Made by a program: the position numbers and the translations under genes. Under the pieces are notes generated by a model. That model saw only the letters and a list, made by a program, of their open reading frames with translations. It was not told where the DNA came from and did no database searches. From an uncultured Sphaerochaeta sp. (GTDB lineage: Bacteria; Spirochaetota; Spirochaetia; Sphaerochaetales; Sphaerochaetaceae), in assembly GCA_963666015.1 (NCBI GenBank), contig OY762555.1:3375607-3439606 (forward strand): a stretch of 64,000 nt of DNA, given 5' to 3'. Below, in pieces: positions 29,132 to 38,787 of the stretch (its first letter is position 1; each line of letters starts with the position of its first letter).

Positions 29132-29773
29132 ATGAGTACAAACACCGTATTTACCATTGGACGACAGTTTGGAAGCGGCGGACGGCAAGTAGGGAAAAAT
29201 CTGGCGGAAAAACTGGGAATTCCCTTCTATGACAAAGAACTCATAGCAATCAGTGCACAGGACAGTGGCCTGAGTGAGGCGCTTTTCTCAAACGCTGATG
29301 AGAAAGCGACCAGCAGTATTTTCTACTCTCTTGTAATGGGTAACTATCCTATGGCCAGTGGAGCCCTGGGTGTTACAGAGATGCCGCTGAATGACCAACT
29401 TTTCCTCATCCAGAGCAAAACGATCAAGCGACTCGCCTCAGAAGGGTCTTGTGTGATTGTCGGCAGGTGTGCCGATTACATTCTCAGGGAGATGGAAAAT
29501 ACCATCAATATATTTATCCATGCAGATTTGGAGACTAGGGCAGTACGTGCAACTCGTGTATATGAGATTGAAGAGAAGAAGGCAGAGGATGTATGTCTGA
29601 AAACAGACAAGCAGAGAGCCAACTTCTACAACTATTACAGTGATCGGAAGTGGGGTATGTGCCGTACCTACGATCTGAGTCTTGACAGTGGAAAGCTTGG
29701 TATTGATGGTTGTGTAGATCAGATCATCAATTACGAACAGCTTTGGCAGAAGAATAAAGGTAAGGCAATCTGA
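29132..29773 (+). CDS. cytidylate kinase-like family protein
   Basis: FTIGRQFGSGGRQVGKNLAEKLGIPFYDKELI N-terminus, typical of the Cytidylate_kin2-type family. Confidence 0.65.
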   Translation: MSTNTVFTIGRQFGSGGRQVGKNLAEKLGIPFYDKELIAISAQDSGLSEALFSNADEKATSSIFYSLVMGNYPMASGALGVTEMPLNDQLFLIQSKTIKRLASEGSCVIVGRCADYILREMENTINIFIHADLETRAVRATRVYEIEEKKAEDVCLKTDKQRANFYNYYSDRKWGMCRTYDLSLDSGKLGIDGCVDQIINYEQLWQKNKGKAI

Positions 29774-30162
29774 TGCTAGTTGATCTCTTGGACAATCTTG
29801 AATGGTATCGTGCCCTGCATCCCGCGATGCAGGGTATTATCACCATAATGGACCGTAGTCTTCCCTATGATGATGAGGAGGGAGTGTATAACGTTGATGG
29901 TATTCCCTATAAGGTGATGGAGTATGAGAGCTCGGTGGCAGGAGAGCTCGACCAAGCTGTAGGGAACCAGGTGCATATTCTCCTGGAAGGGGAAGAGATA
30001 CTCAGTCTACAGCGTGAGGCATTGGTGGAGGTGGTGACCCAGTGTACCACTGGTTTATTTGTCATGCTTAGGAAGGGAGAGCGTTTCCGTCACAAGCAGA
30101 ATCGAACTTCACAGACCAAGGTTAGGAAGGTGATTTTTACCCTTCCTGATCCTGCTTCTTGA
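29773..30162 (+). CDS. YhcH/YjgK/YiaL (DUF386) family protein
   Basis: N-terminal LLDNLEWYRALHP resembles the family's ...NLxxYxxLHP start. 129 aa. Its start overlaps the upstream stop. Confidence 0.5.
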   Translation: MLVDLLDNLEWYRALHPAMQGIITIMDRSLPYDDEEGVYNVDGIPYKVMEYESSVAGELDQAVGNQVHILLEGEEILSLQREALVEVVTQCTTGLFVMLRKGERFRHKQNRTSQTKVRKVIFTLPDPAS

Positions 30163-30793
30163 ACTGATTACGTTTTCTCCAGAGATGGGCGAGCATGAAA
30201 CGCTCGCCTTTTATTGCGTCATGATCTTTGATAGCTGCAACCAGCTTCCTGTGCTCGTCCTGGGTCTTTTTCAGTCCACGCTTATTTAGTGTCTGACTGA
30301 ATAGCAAGGCAGCCTCCCCTAGATTCAATCGGCTGTAGGTGAGGGTGAGTAGGTCATTGCCTGCAAGCGATACCAACTCAAAGTGGAACTGATAGTGTAG
30401 TTCGCTGAATTTCTGTATGTGGAAAGGTCCCTTTCCTTCTATTAATCCATCCATGGTATCAAGAATTTGTTCCAATGCAGTTGCATCAGCATGTTGCTCA
30501 CAAGCAGAGCGGATGGCAAGCGCTTCGAGGTATGCTCGTACCTCAGTCAGATGCTGGTATTCCTGCATGGTCAGGTCTTTTACATAGGTCCCACTATGGG
30601 CGATGGTAACAACAAATCCATCCTGGTCCAAGCGCTTGAGCGCCTCTCTTACCGGAGTCCTGCTGCATGCAAATGTTGCTGCCAATGTATTTTCAGAGAG
30701 CTTCGTGCCCCCAGGGAGTACTCCTCTTCGAACCTGGTCCCGTAGGGTATCATAAATATGATCAATCAATTGGCTGTTTATGGTTTCTGACAT
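30137..30793 (-). CDS. GntR-family transcriptional regulator (FadR/FCD subfamily)
   Basis: LPGGTKLSENTLAATFACSRTPVREALKRLDQDGFV winged-helix region, plus an all-helical C-terminal domain. Start taken at the MSETINSQ... ATG. Confidence 0.8.
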   Translation of the reverse strand: MSETINSQLIDHIYDTLRDQVRRGVLPGGTKLSENTLAATFACSRTPVREALKRLDQDGFVVTIAHSGTYVKDLTMQEYQHLTEVRAYLEALAIRSACEQHADATALEQILDTMDGLIEGKGPFHIQKFSELHYQFHFELVSLAGNDLLTLTYSRLNLGEAALLFSQTLNKRGLKKTQDEHRKLVAAIKDHDAIKGERFMLAHLWRKRNQFKKQDQEG

Positions 30794-30886
30794 GAAATCA
30801 GTATATCCAAAGTAGGGTAGGATGCCTAGTAACGAAAACGGGCCACGGATAAGATCCATGGCCCGGTATAATCAAGAGAGAGAAAC

Positions 30887-32140
30887 TTAGTTTTCGATAC
30901 TGACGAGCTCAATGTCAAAGACAAGCAGTGCATTGGGAAGAATGGTATCGGTTCCTGCTTCACCATACCCAAGGGTTGGGTGGATCCAGGTCCTTACCAC
31001 ACTTCCGGTGTTCATGGTAAGCAACGCTTCAGTGAACCCGTCGATCAATCCATCTACAGGGAAGTGAGCGGTCTCCCCTCGGTCGTAGGAACTCTCGATG
31101 ACAGTCCCGTCAACCATTTGCAACTGATAGTTTACCTCTACGGTATCACTCTTGGTAGGCTTCTTTCCTTCTGCAGGGGTCAGTACCTGGTATTGCAGGC
31201 CACTAGCTGTGGTGATGACACCCTCATTGGACTTGTTCTGTTCCAGGAAGGCCTCAGCCTCCTCGAGGTTCGTTACTGCAACTTCAGCAAGCCATGCATC
31301 ATACTCTTTTTCCAGTTCCGCCTGGTATTCGATGAAGGCAGTCTGCATTTCAGCCTCATTCATCAGGAGATGATTGCCGCATGCGTAGTCCAAGGCTCCG
31401 CTTGCATAGAGGTCTCCATTGACATGGATACCCTGGCCGGACATATTCAGTGCCAACAGGTAACCATAGGTGTAACTGAAGGCATCTGCAATTCCCTCTG
31501 GCTTATGCAGGCCTCTTACATCATCGATACTGTCATAGGACTTACCATAATCGGTTTGGGCAAGACCGAGACTCCAGATTTCTGCCTGATACTGCTCAAC
31601 ATTGGCATACAGCTCTTCAAGGGTGTAATATCCACTCATTGAATCGCTCTGGGAGTCCTTGTATCCATCGAGGGCACCCTTTACATAGTAGCCTGCATCG
31701 AAGAACAGTCCCTGGTTTGCAAAAGACTGGATCAACATAAATCCATAGGTGTAGCTGAAACGGTCCTCAAGGCTCTCCAGTTCTGTTGCCTGTGCAGTGC
31801 TGATGTTGTAGGGAAGTACACCGGTAGCAACCAAGGGGTTGATGTAGCGGATATGTGAGGCAATGCCATTCTCTACTACTACTTCCAAGTAGTCTCCTCG
31901 CGAAAGCGATTCAACGGGGTATGTTGACTCTGTCATTTTGTTTGTCATGAAGACAAAGTCCACGTTTTCCAAGGTCCTGACAGTAAAAGCTCTCTGGCCT
32001 TGCTGGTCGAAAGCGGAAAGTACTCGCACAGTGACTGCGTCGGGATGGGCTTCTTTTGCCCCAGCTGCAAATAGTGCAGTGGAGATGAGCATCATCACCA
32101 ATAAGGTCACAATCATTTTTGTTCGATTAGGTTTGTTCAT
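30887..32140 (-). CDS. secreted FKBP-type peptidyl-prolyl cis-trans isomerase with duplicated N-terminal domain
   Basis: C-terminal FKBP domain GLQYQVLTPAEGKKPTKSDTVEVNYQ...LVFDIELVSI. Two FSYTYG(F/Y)... N-domain repeats and a signal peptide. Start at ATG 32140, preceded by AAGGA. Confidence 0.85.
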   Translation of the reverse strand: MNKPNRTKMIVTLLVMMLISTALFAAGAKEAHPDAVTVRVLSAFDQQGQRAFTVRTLENVDFVFMTNKMTESTYPVESLSRGDYLEVVVENGIASHIRYINPLVATGVLPYNISTAQATELESLEDRFSYTYGFMLIQSFANQGLFFDAGYYVKGALDGYKDSQSDSMSGYYTLEELYANVEQYQAEIWSLGLAQTDYGKSYDSIDDVRGLHKPEGIADAFSYTYGYLLALNMSGQGIHVNGDLYASGALDYACGNHLLMNEAEMQTAFIEYQAELEKEYDAWLAEVAVTNLEEAEAFLEQNKSNEGVITTASGLQYQVLTPAEGKKPTKSDTVEVNYQLQMVDGTVIESSYDRGETAHFPVDGLIDGFTEALLTMNTGSVVRTWIHPTLGYGEAGTDTILPNALLVFDIELVSIEN

Positions 32141-32365
32141 AGTCATTCCTTTTTGTATGTTCGTTGCTTCTTGCAACTTACTCTAATGTACGTGCTCTTT
32201 TAAGAAACGTCAATGCAAGAAGATTTTGGGCACCATGAAATATATGCCCTTAGCCCTTGTCATGACATTAGATATCCTCTTCATGAAGTTTTATGTACTT
32301 ACATCCGATTGTCATCCCTTGTCTCTCATGATAGGGTAGTGATACTAGAATAGAGAGGAGTTGTC

Positions 32366-32875
32366 ATGCCTATTATCACAAGAAAGAAACCCAATGAACA
32401 AGATATTCAGTTGTTGTATGAAACAGTCAGAATTGCTCATCAGGCAAAAGAGAAAGGTAACCATCCCTTTGGTGCCTTGTTGGCCGACAAGGATGGAAAG
32501 ATCCTGCTTGAGCAGATGAATGATTTCGAGGAAGGCGGTTCTGCAATGCATGCAGAGACCCTTCTGCTCTTCAAGGCCAGCAAATTGTATGACCCAGAGT
32601 TTCTTGCAACGTGCTCGCTCTATACCAATGCTGAGCCTTGCGTCATGTGTACTGGAGCAATGTACTGGACCAATGTAAAAAGGCTGGTATTTGGGATTAC
32701 TGAGGAGAAACTCCTTGAGCTGACCGGAGCCGATGAGCAGAATCCCACGTTCAATCTTCCCAGCCATGAGGTTCTCGCCCACGGTCAGAAGGATATGGAA
32801 GTGGTAGGGCCAGCGGAGGATGAAGAGCTGATGAGAGCAATCGTGGAAGATCATCTTTCCTTCTGGGTGCATTGA
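32366..32875 (+). CDS. CMP/dCMP-type zinc deaminase (nucleoside/nucleobase deaminase)
   Basis: HAE...PCVMCTGA zinc-binding signature. GAGGAG RBS. Confidence 0.8.
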   Translation: MPIITRKKPNEQDIQLLYETVRIAHQAKEKGNHPFGALLADKDGKILLEQMNDFEEGGSAMHAETLLLFKASKLYDPEFLATCSLYTNAEPCVMCTGAMYWTNVKRLVFGITEEKLLELTGADEQNPTFNLPSHEVLAHGQKDMEVVGPAEDEELMRAIVEDHLSFWVH

Positions 32876-33882
32876 TGATTACCTTGCCTTACCTCCTCAG
32901 GAGTGAGAATATTGCTCGAATTGAGGGTAAATATCTCCTGATCGGGGATAGGCGGGTCTATCCGTTTGAAAAACGCTTTGAGCGTTGCTCAACCATTCCT
33001 GAGATCGCTTCTGCCCTGAAGCGGATGGTCACCCAGGGTGGCGGGCCTTTGGAAGTAGCCCTTACTGCGATGGTCTTTGTCGCAGAGCAGATGAAAGAAG
33101 GTTCAGTTGAGAAGGAGTTCAGAGAGCTTGAAATTGCAGCAGCAATGCTTATCGCTTCGCGTCCAACCAACACCACGATGAAACGGACCTTGCTTTCACT
33201 TCTCGATGAAATTCGAGGAAATCCTGGTTTTATCGAGCAGGTGGCCCCTTTGGTGGAAGCCCGAAAGGATGCTTTTGACCAGCTCTATCACCAACTTGGC
33301 AGAGCCGGAAGCTCGCTCATTCCTGAAAAGGCTGGTGTGCTGACCACTTGCTTTGCCGAGCATACCTTCATCCTCTCCCTTGCATATGCAAAGGAGGAGG
33401 GAAAAGAAATCAGGGTATTTGTGCCTGAGACCAGACCGTATTTGCAAGGAAGCAGGCTTACCGCTCCCTCTCTCCAGGAGATGGGTATCGAGGTCAGTGT
33501 GATCACAGATGGAATGGGGGCTACGTTCCTTGGAACAGGAGATGCAAACCTCTACATGACTGCAGCAGACTTAGTCTGCATGGATGGGACCGTTGTGAAC
33601 AAAGTGGGGACCCTAGGCAATGCCATAGCAGCGAAACGTTTTCAGGTTCCCTATTATGCCTTTTCCATCTCCCCTGATCCAACAAAACAGGATGTAAGCG
33701 GCATACAGATGGAATGGCGTTCGGCCGAGGAGATAACCCAGTGTATGGGAAAGGCTACCTCCTCACATGGTATGAAGGCACTCTACCCAGCCTTTGACAT
33801 CATTTCTCCTGATCTGGTAACAGGGGTTGTCACGGGAAAGGGTGTACTTAAACCGGAAGAAATTAAAAGGAATTTTCAATGA
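32872..33882 (+). CDS. eIF-2B alpha/beta/delta family protein (methylthioribose-1-phosphate isomerase-like)
   Basis: C-terminal TAADLVCMDGTVVNKVGTLGNAIAAKRFQVPYYAF matches the GADRI..NG...NKIGT core of the family. ATGA overlap with the deaminase gene. Confidence 0.7.
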   Translation: MMITLPYLLRSENIARIEGKYLLIGDRRVYPFEKRFERCSTIPEIASALKRMVTQGGGPLEVALTAMVFVAEQMKEGSVEKEFRELEIAAAMLIASRPTNTTMKRTLLSLLDEIRGNPGFIEQVAPLVEARKDAFDQLYHQLGRAGSSLIPEKAGVLTTCFAEHTFILSLAYAKEEGKEIRVFVPETRPYLQGSRLTAPSLQEMGIEVSVITDGMGATFLGTGDANLYMTAADLVCMDGTVVNKVGTLGNAIAAKRFQVPYYAFSISPDPTKQDVSGIQMEWRSAEEITQCMGKATSSHGMKALYPAFDIISPDLVTGVVTGKGVLKPEEIKRNFQ

Positions 33883-34598
33883 GAGCAATTATTGGTGGCA
33901 CCGGAGTCGATACCTTGGAAGGGATCGATTCACAGCGGAAAGTAGTGGATACTCCCTATGGAGATGTTGAGTTGTTCGTTGGTAAAGGAAAGGATGCTTC
34001 CTTGGTCTTTCTTCCTCGCCATGGGTCGGACCACTCAAACCCTCCTCACCTGATCAACTATCGAGCTAATGTAAAAGCACTTGAGATGCTTGGGGTTACC
34101 CATGCAATAGGTATCTATGCAGTAGGGTCCATCACTGAGAAACTACCTCCAGGAAAGGTTGGTATGGTCAGTGATTTTATTGACCTCTCCTCAGGGAGAG
34201 ACCATACCTTCTTCACAGGAGGGTCAAGCGGAGTGGTTCACACATCCATGGACGAAGTCTTCGATGCATCGTTGAGATCTCGTATCATAAAGGAGGATAA
34301 GTCCCTCCTGGATGCGGGCGTGTACATCTGTACCAATGGTCCGAGACTGGAAACCCCAGCAGAAATTCGCTATCTGCGCCATATCGGTGGCGATACGGTA
34401 GGAATGACCTTGGCAACAGAGGTTTCCCTTCTTCGCGAGGTAGGCATATCCACGCTCGCCCTTGCCTACAGCATCAACTGGGCAGCAGGGGTTGAGCATG
34501 GTCAGGTTACGTTCATTACCGACGAGCAGATTGCCTCGTTGAAGGGTAGAATGACTGAGCTCTGCCGCAATGTGCTTCAGTCAAGTTCCTCCAAGTGA
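33879..34598 (+). CDS. MTAP-family purine nucleoside phosphorylase (S-methyl-5'-thioadenosine/thioinosine phosphorylase)
   Basis: IIGGTGVD...FLPRHGSDHSNPPHLINYRANVKAL...GVTHAIGIYAVGS. ATGA overlap with the upstream gene. Confidence 0.8.
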   Translation: MRAIIGGTGVDTLEGIDSQRKVVDTPYGDVELFVGKGKDASLVFLPRHGSDHSNPPHLINYRANVKALEMLGVTHAIGIYAVGSITEKLPPGKVGMVSDFIDLSSGRDHTFFTGGSSGVVHTSMDEVFDASLRSRIIKEDKSLLDAGVYICTNGPRLETPAEIRYLRHIGGDTVGMTLATEVSLLREVGISTLALAYSINWAAGVEHGQVTFITDEQIASLKGRMTELCRNVLQSSSSK

Positions 34599-35494
34599 TA
34601 GGGAGTGTTCTGGTAAACATGGTAGTTCAGCCAGTTGCTGAATAATAGGTTTGCATGGCCTCTCCAAGTAACCTGAATTTCCCCTGTAGGATCATCTCCT
34701 TTTACGTAGTTGACCGGGATTTGGGCGTCGAGCCCTGCCTTTCGGTCTCTCGTATACTCATCAAGGAGTGTTCTCTCGTCATATTCACTATGCCCAGTGA
34801 CATACACCTGTCTTCCATTCTGGCTTGCCGCCAGATAGACTCCTGCTTCCTCACTGGTTGCAAGGATCTGAATATCATTGTGCTTTGCGAGGCTCTCCTC
34901 ATCGAGCCTGGTATGTCTGGAATGGGGTGCCCAGAATTGGTCATCAAACCCACGTACCAGTGGATGGTTCCTCTCCAGCACCGTATGGTGGTAGATGCCT
35001 GAGAGTTTCTGGTCCAACACCTGTTTTCCGATACCATAGTAGTGGTAGAGGGCTGCCTGCGCAGCCCAACACACGAACAATGAGGCAAACACATGCTTAT
35101 CGGCCCAACGGAGGATTGTCTCCAGCTCCTGCCAATAGGCAACTTCCTCAAATGCAAGGGTCTCCACAGGGCTTCCTGTGATGATGAGAGCATCGAAGTG
35201 CTCCTCCTTCACATGTTCAAAGGTCTGGTAGAAGGCCTTCAGGTAGGAAGAAGGGGTATGTTTGCTTTTATAGCTTGCAGTGGTGAGGAAGGTTATCTCC
35301 ACCTGCAGGGCAGTATTGCCGAGAAGACGGAGAAACTGCTCCTCTGTCCTCATCTTATTGGGCATAAGGTTGAGGATGGCTACCTTGAGTGGGCGGATAT
35401 CCTGGTGTATTGCCCTCTCAGCGGTCATGAAAAAGATATTTTCCTGTTTGAGGACCTCAGCGGCAGGGAGGTCCTTTGGGATGGTCACTGGCAT
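34577..35494 (-). CDS. metA: homoserine O-acyltransferase (MetA type; acetyl or succinyl specificity not determinable)
   Basis: MPVTIPKDLPAAEVLKQENIFFM N-terminus and the VCWAAQAAL catalytic Cys region. 305 aa. Confidence 0.9.
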   Translation of the reverse strand: MPVTIPKDLPAAEVLKQENIFFMTAERAIHQDIRPLKVAILNLMPNKMRTEEQFLRLLGNTALQVEITFLTTASYKSKHTPSSYLKAFYQTFEHVKEEHFDALIITGSPVETLAFEEVAYWQELETILRWADKHVFASLFVCWAAQAALYHYYGIGKQVLDQKLSGIYHHTVLERNHPLVRGFDDQFWAPHSRHTRLDEESLAKHNDIQILATSEEAGVYLAASQNGRQVYVTGHSEYDERTLLDEYTRDRKAGLDAQIPVNYVKGDDPTGEIQVTWRGHANLLFSNWLNYHVYQNTPYHLEELD

Positions 35495-36786
35495 GATGCG
35501 TCCTCCCCAAGTGCCTGAGACAGGTCTGCAAGCAAGTCATCGATATGTTCACAGCCAATCGAGAGACGTACTGTGGTCTCTGAGATACCCTGACTCTCCA
35601 GCTCTTCCTTGGTGAGTTGGGAGTGGGTAGTGGTTCCCGGATGGATTACCAGAGACTTAACATCTGCTACATTGGCAAGAAGGCTGAAAATCTCCAACCG
35701 GTCAATGAACGCCTTTGCATCCGCTCCTGTTCCCTTGATATCAAAGGTGAAGATAGAGATACCACCTTTAGGGAAGTAGTGCTTGTAGAGTGTGTGGTAC
35801 GGGTTATCTTCCAGACTGGGATGCTGCACTTTAGCAACGCAAGGATGGCCAGCGAGGAATTCGACCACTTTGAGTGTATTCTGTACATGCCTCTCTAGAC
35901 GGAGGGGAAGGGTTTCCAGCCCCTGGAGGAACAGGAATGCATTCAGTGGCGCAATGCACGGACCAGTGTCCCTGAGCAGTACTGTACGTGCCTTGGTGAT
36001 CCAGGCAGCCTTACCTGCAGAATCAAGAAAACTCAACCCATGGTAACTGTCATTCGGTTCTGTTACCGATGGGAACTTTCCGCTCTGTTTCCAGTCGAAG
36101 TTTCCGCTGTCAATAATGACGCCACCGAGGGATGTCCCGTGGCCACCGATGAACTTTGTTGCAGAATGAACCACGATGTCAGCACCGTGCTCGATAGGAC
36201 GAAGCAGGTAGGGGGTTGCGAAGGTGTTGTCTACCACGAGAGGTATCTTATGGCTATGGGCTAGATCAGCTAGGGCCTTCAGATCACAAAGGGTGGCATT
36301 TGGATTACCGATGGACTCTACAAACAGAGCCTTGGTATTTTCCTTGATGGCACTTTCAACTTCTGCAATATTTGTGGCATCAACAAAGGTGGTGGTGATG
36401 CCCCACTCAGGGAGTGTGTGTGCAAAAAGATTGTAGGTCCCCCCGTAGATGGTCTTTGCTGAAACGATATGGTCCTGGTTTTTCGCAAGGTTGAGTATGG
36501 AGAGCGTGATGGCTGCCGATCCACTGGCAACAGCCAAGGCACCAACACCCCCCTCCAGGCGGGCCATCCGATTCTCAAACACTTCCTGGGTTGGGTTTCC
36601 AAGCCTCGTGTAGATGTTTCCAGCCTTGGAGAGGTTGAAGAGAGACTCGGCATCGTCACAACTGTCAAAGACATAGCTGGTGGTCTGGTAGATGGGTACT
36701 GCGCGGGATCCAGTTGCGCTGTCTGCTTTTTCCTGTCCTGCGTGTAGTGCTAGGGTTTCAAAGTGGTAAGTGTTGTTGGTTTTCAT
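35485..36786 (-). CDS. metY: O-acetylhomoserine aminocarboxypropyltransferase (sulfhydrylase)
   Basis: Cys/Met-metabolism PLP enzyme with HSATKFIGGHG (PLP lysine). 433 aa. Overlaps metA by 10 nt. Confidence 0.9.
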   Translation of the reverse strand: MKTNNTYHFETLALHAGQEKADSATGSRAVPIYQTTSYVFDSCDDAESLFNLSKAGNIYTRLGNPTQEVFENRMARLEGGVGALAVASGSAAITLSILNLAKNQDHIVSAKTIYGGTYNLFAHTLPEWGITTTFVDATNIAEVESAIKENTKALFVESIGNPNATLCDLKALADLAHSHKIPLVVDNTFATPYLLRPIEHGADIVVHSATKFIGGHGTSLGGVIIDSGNFDWKQSGKFPSVTEPNDSYHGLSFLDSAGKAAWITKARTVLLRDTGPCIAPLNAFLFLQGLETLPLRLERHVQNTLKVVEFLAGHPCVAKVQHPSLEDNPYHTLYKHYFPKGGISIFTFDIKGTGADAKAFIDRLEIFSLLANVADVKSLVIHPGTTTHSQLTKEELESQGISETTVRLSIGCEHIDDLLADLSQALGEDASCQ

Positions 36787-37035
36787 GATTTACTCCTGAA
36801 TGATGAGATTGACAAGGCAACGCCTGGTCTTCTTATTCTGTTCAGAAGCCTCGCATGTGGTCGGTTACCGACCCACAACGTGGATGTTTTGCATGTTTCA
36901 TGATGATTCCTTGAAGGTCTTAGGCGAGTGCATATTGGCACATGTCAGATTCAATACTGTCTTGCATGCTTTGCATCATTAATGTGCCTCCTTCAAGAAA
37001 TTACCTACCGAATGGCTAGGGATTGGAGCAAGTAT
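36787..37035 (-). promoter_or_regulatory. long structured 5' leader of metY-metA (candidate riboswitch or attenuator, class unassigned)
   Basis: About 245 nt lie between the predicted promoter and the ATG. Nested helices: CTTGAAGG/CCTTCAAG (36910-36997) enclosing GGCACAT/ATGTGCC. A second hairpin sits at 36857-36876. Confidence 0.4.
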
Positions 37036-37040
37036 AGGGA

Positions 37041-37069
37041 AACTTACACATGCGGTCAAGTGGTCAAAT
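37041..37069 (-). promoter_or_regulatory. candidate sigma70-type promoter of metY-metA
   Basis: On the minus strand: TTGACC (37069-37064), a 17-nt spacer, then TATACT (37046-37041). Confidence 0.5.
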
Positions 37070-37090
37070 ACAAGAATCGGCTAAGGCGTA

Positions 37091-37117
37091 AGAAAACCGG
37101 GGGTGAGCCCCCCGGTT
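37091..37117 (-). terminator. rho-independent terminator of putP
   Basis: On the minus strand: AACCGGGGG-gctca-CCCCCGGTT followed by TTCTT, 8 nt after the stop codon. Confidence 0.8.
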
Positions 37118-37124
37118 CTGCTTC

Positions 37125-38621
37125 TTAGTCTTCTGTAGCTATAAAGGCATCGAACTCCTTGAAGACCTCTTCATCAGGATGCTTCTCAAGCAAGCTGAAA
37201 ACAACCATACAGAGGGAAGCAATGATGAAGCCAGGGAGTAATTCATAGACATCGAATATGCCACCTGAGAGTTGCTTCCATACAACGACGGTAATACCAC
37301 CACCAAGCATAGCTGCCACAGCTCCATTGCGACTGGCGCGTCTCCAGAAGAGAGAGGCGAGGATGACAGGTCCAAAGGTTGCCCCGAATCCTGCCCAAGC
37401 ATAACTTACTACATCGAAGATGGAGGAATTTGGATCCATCGCCAGGAAGATTGCTATGATGGTAATTGCAACTACGGTGAGTCTGCTGACCAACAAGGTC
37501 TCCTTGTCAGATGCATCTTTTCTGAGAACTGCCTTATAGACATCCTTGGAGAAAGCAGAAGAGGCAACCAGGAGCTGGCTGTCAGCGGTACTCATGCTTG
37601 CAGCAAGAATAGCACAGAGGAAGAACCCTGCAATGAAGGTCGGGAAGATTTTCTGCATACTGACAATGAATACAGCTTCTGCTGCACTCTGGGAGTCAAA
37701 TGTGGTAGGGAGAAGGAAGATTTTTCCCACCACACCAACGAGCAATGCTGCTGCCATGGCAATAATTACCCAGACCATTGCAATTCTGCGGCTGGTCTTT
37801 ACCTCATGATTACTCCTGATGGACATGAAGCGAATCAGGATGTGAGGCATGCCAAAGTAGCCGAGTCCCCAAGCAAGGGCACTGAGAATCTGGAGGAAGC
37901 CATAGCTGGTTCCTGGTGGTGTAACAAACGGGTTGATGAAGTGCTGGCCGAATTGGCTGAGCTGTTCGAATGTATGGGCAGGTCCTCCGATTGCGAATAC
38001 GGCAATTACGCCGGTCATTACCAATGCAAAGAACATCAGGGTTCCCTGTAGGAAGTCAGTTGCTACCACAGCCAGATAACCACCAAGCAGGGTGTATCCA
38101 AGGATGACCAGTACGCCCAAAATGAGCGCAGCATAATAATTCATACCGAAAACAGCGGTGAACAGTTTTGCAGAGGCAAGAAATCCACTTGCCGTATACA
38201 CAATGAAAAATACAAGGATGATGATCGAGCTGATGGTCTGCAACAGCTTGCTCTTGTCATGGAAACGGTTGGTGAGGAATTCAGGGATGGTGATGGAATC
38301 CTTGGCGTGAATGGAATATTTTCTCATTCTCTTTGCAACCAATAACCAGTTGAGGTAGGTTCCTACCAGCAAACCAACTGCGGTCCAGAACGCTTCCTGG
38401 AGCCCAGTGAAGTAGGCAAGACCTGGAAGACCCATAAGCAACCATCCAGACATGTCACTCGCTTCAGCGCTGAGTGCTGTAAACCATGGACCGATCGAGC
38501 GGCCACCGAGAAAGTAGTCACTGGTGGATTTTGTTTTTCTAAACGTGAAAAACCCGATTGTTAGCATAAGCCCCAAATAGAGTGCAAAAGCCAAGGCTGT
38601 GATGAGCTGATAACTGTTCAT
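37125..38621 (-). CDS. putP: sodium/proline symporter
   Basis: SSF-family translation with TALSAEASDMSGWLLMGLPGLAY, and about 13 TM segments. Start taken at MNSYQLITALAF (38621). Confidence 0.85.
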   Translation of the reverse strand: MNSYQLITALAFALYLGLMLTIGFFTFRKTKSTSDYFLGGRSIGPWFTALSAEASDMSGWLLMGLPGLAYFTGLQEAFWTAVGLLVGTYLNWLLVAKRMRKYSIHAKDSITIPEFLTNRFHDKSKLLQTISSIIILVFFIVYTASGFLASAKLFTAVFGMNYYAALILGVLVILGYTLLGGYLAVVATDFLQGTLMFFALVMTGVIAVFAIGGPAHTFEQLSQFGQHFINPFVTPPGTSYGFLQILSALAWGLGYFGMPHILIRFMSIRSNHEVKTSRRIAMVWVIIAMAAALLVGVVGKIFLLPTTFDSQSAAEAVFIVSMQKIFPTFIAGFFLCAILAASMSTADSQLLVASSAFSKDVYKAVLRKDASDKETLLVSRLTVVAITIIAIFLAMDPNSSIFDVVSYAWAGFGATFGPVILASLFWRRASRNGAVAAMLGGGITVVVWKQLSGGIFDVYELLPGFIIASLCMVVFSLLEKHPDEEVFKEFDAFIATED

Positions 38622-38787
38622 GTTCACAATTCTCCCAACATTTAATACATGTTGGTCCAGAATACCCGTTGAAAAAGAGGGTGACAAGGGCAATAGAAGT
38701 TTTCCTGCAAAAAAAATGCATAAATATGCATAAATTCGGGGTACGAATTGAATCTTTTGCCTCTATCTAATGAAACAGAGGCGCCAG

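Noticed and set aside
36842-36901. 19-codon ORF (MKHAKHPRCGSVTDHMRGF) in the metY leader, as a possible attenuation leader peptide.
   Set aside because: It has no run of Met or Cys codons and no terminator/antiterminator pair with a U tract downstream.
36910-36997. SAM-I (S-box) riboswitch assignment for the metY leader.
   Set aside because: The only resemblance is a GUGCCAAU stretch. The conserved GAGGGA, GGCCC and GCAACC cores are absent by eye. It is kept only as an unassigned structured leader.
38716-38731. ATGCATA-AA-TATGCAT inverted repeat upstream of putP, as an operator.
   Set aside because: It is a short, AT-rich, low-information sequence in an A/T tract. I cannot tie it to any regulator, so it is noted only.
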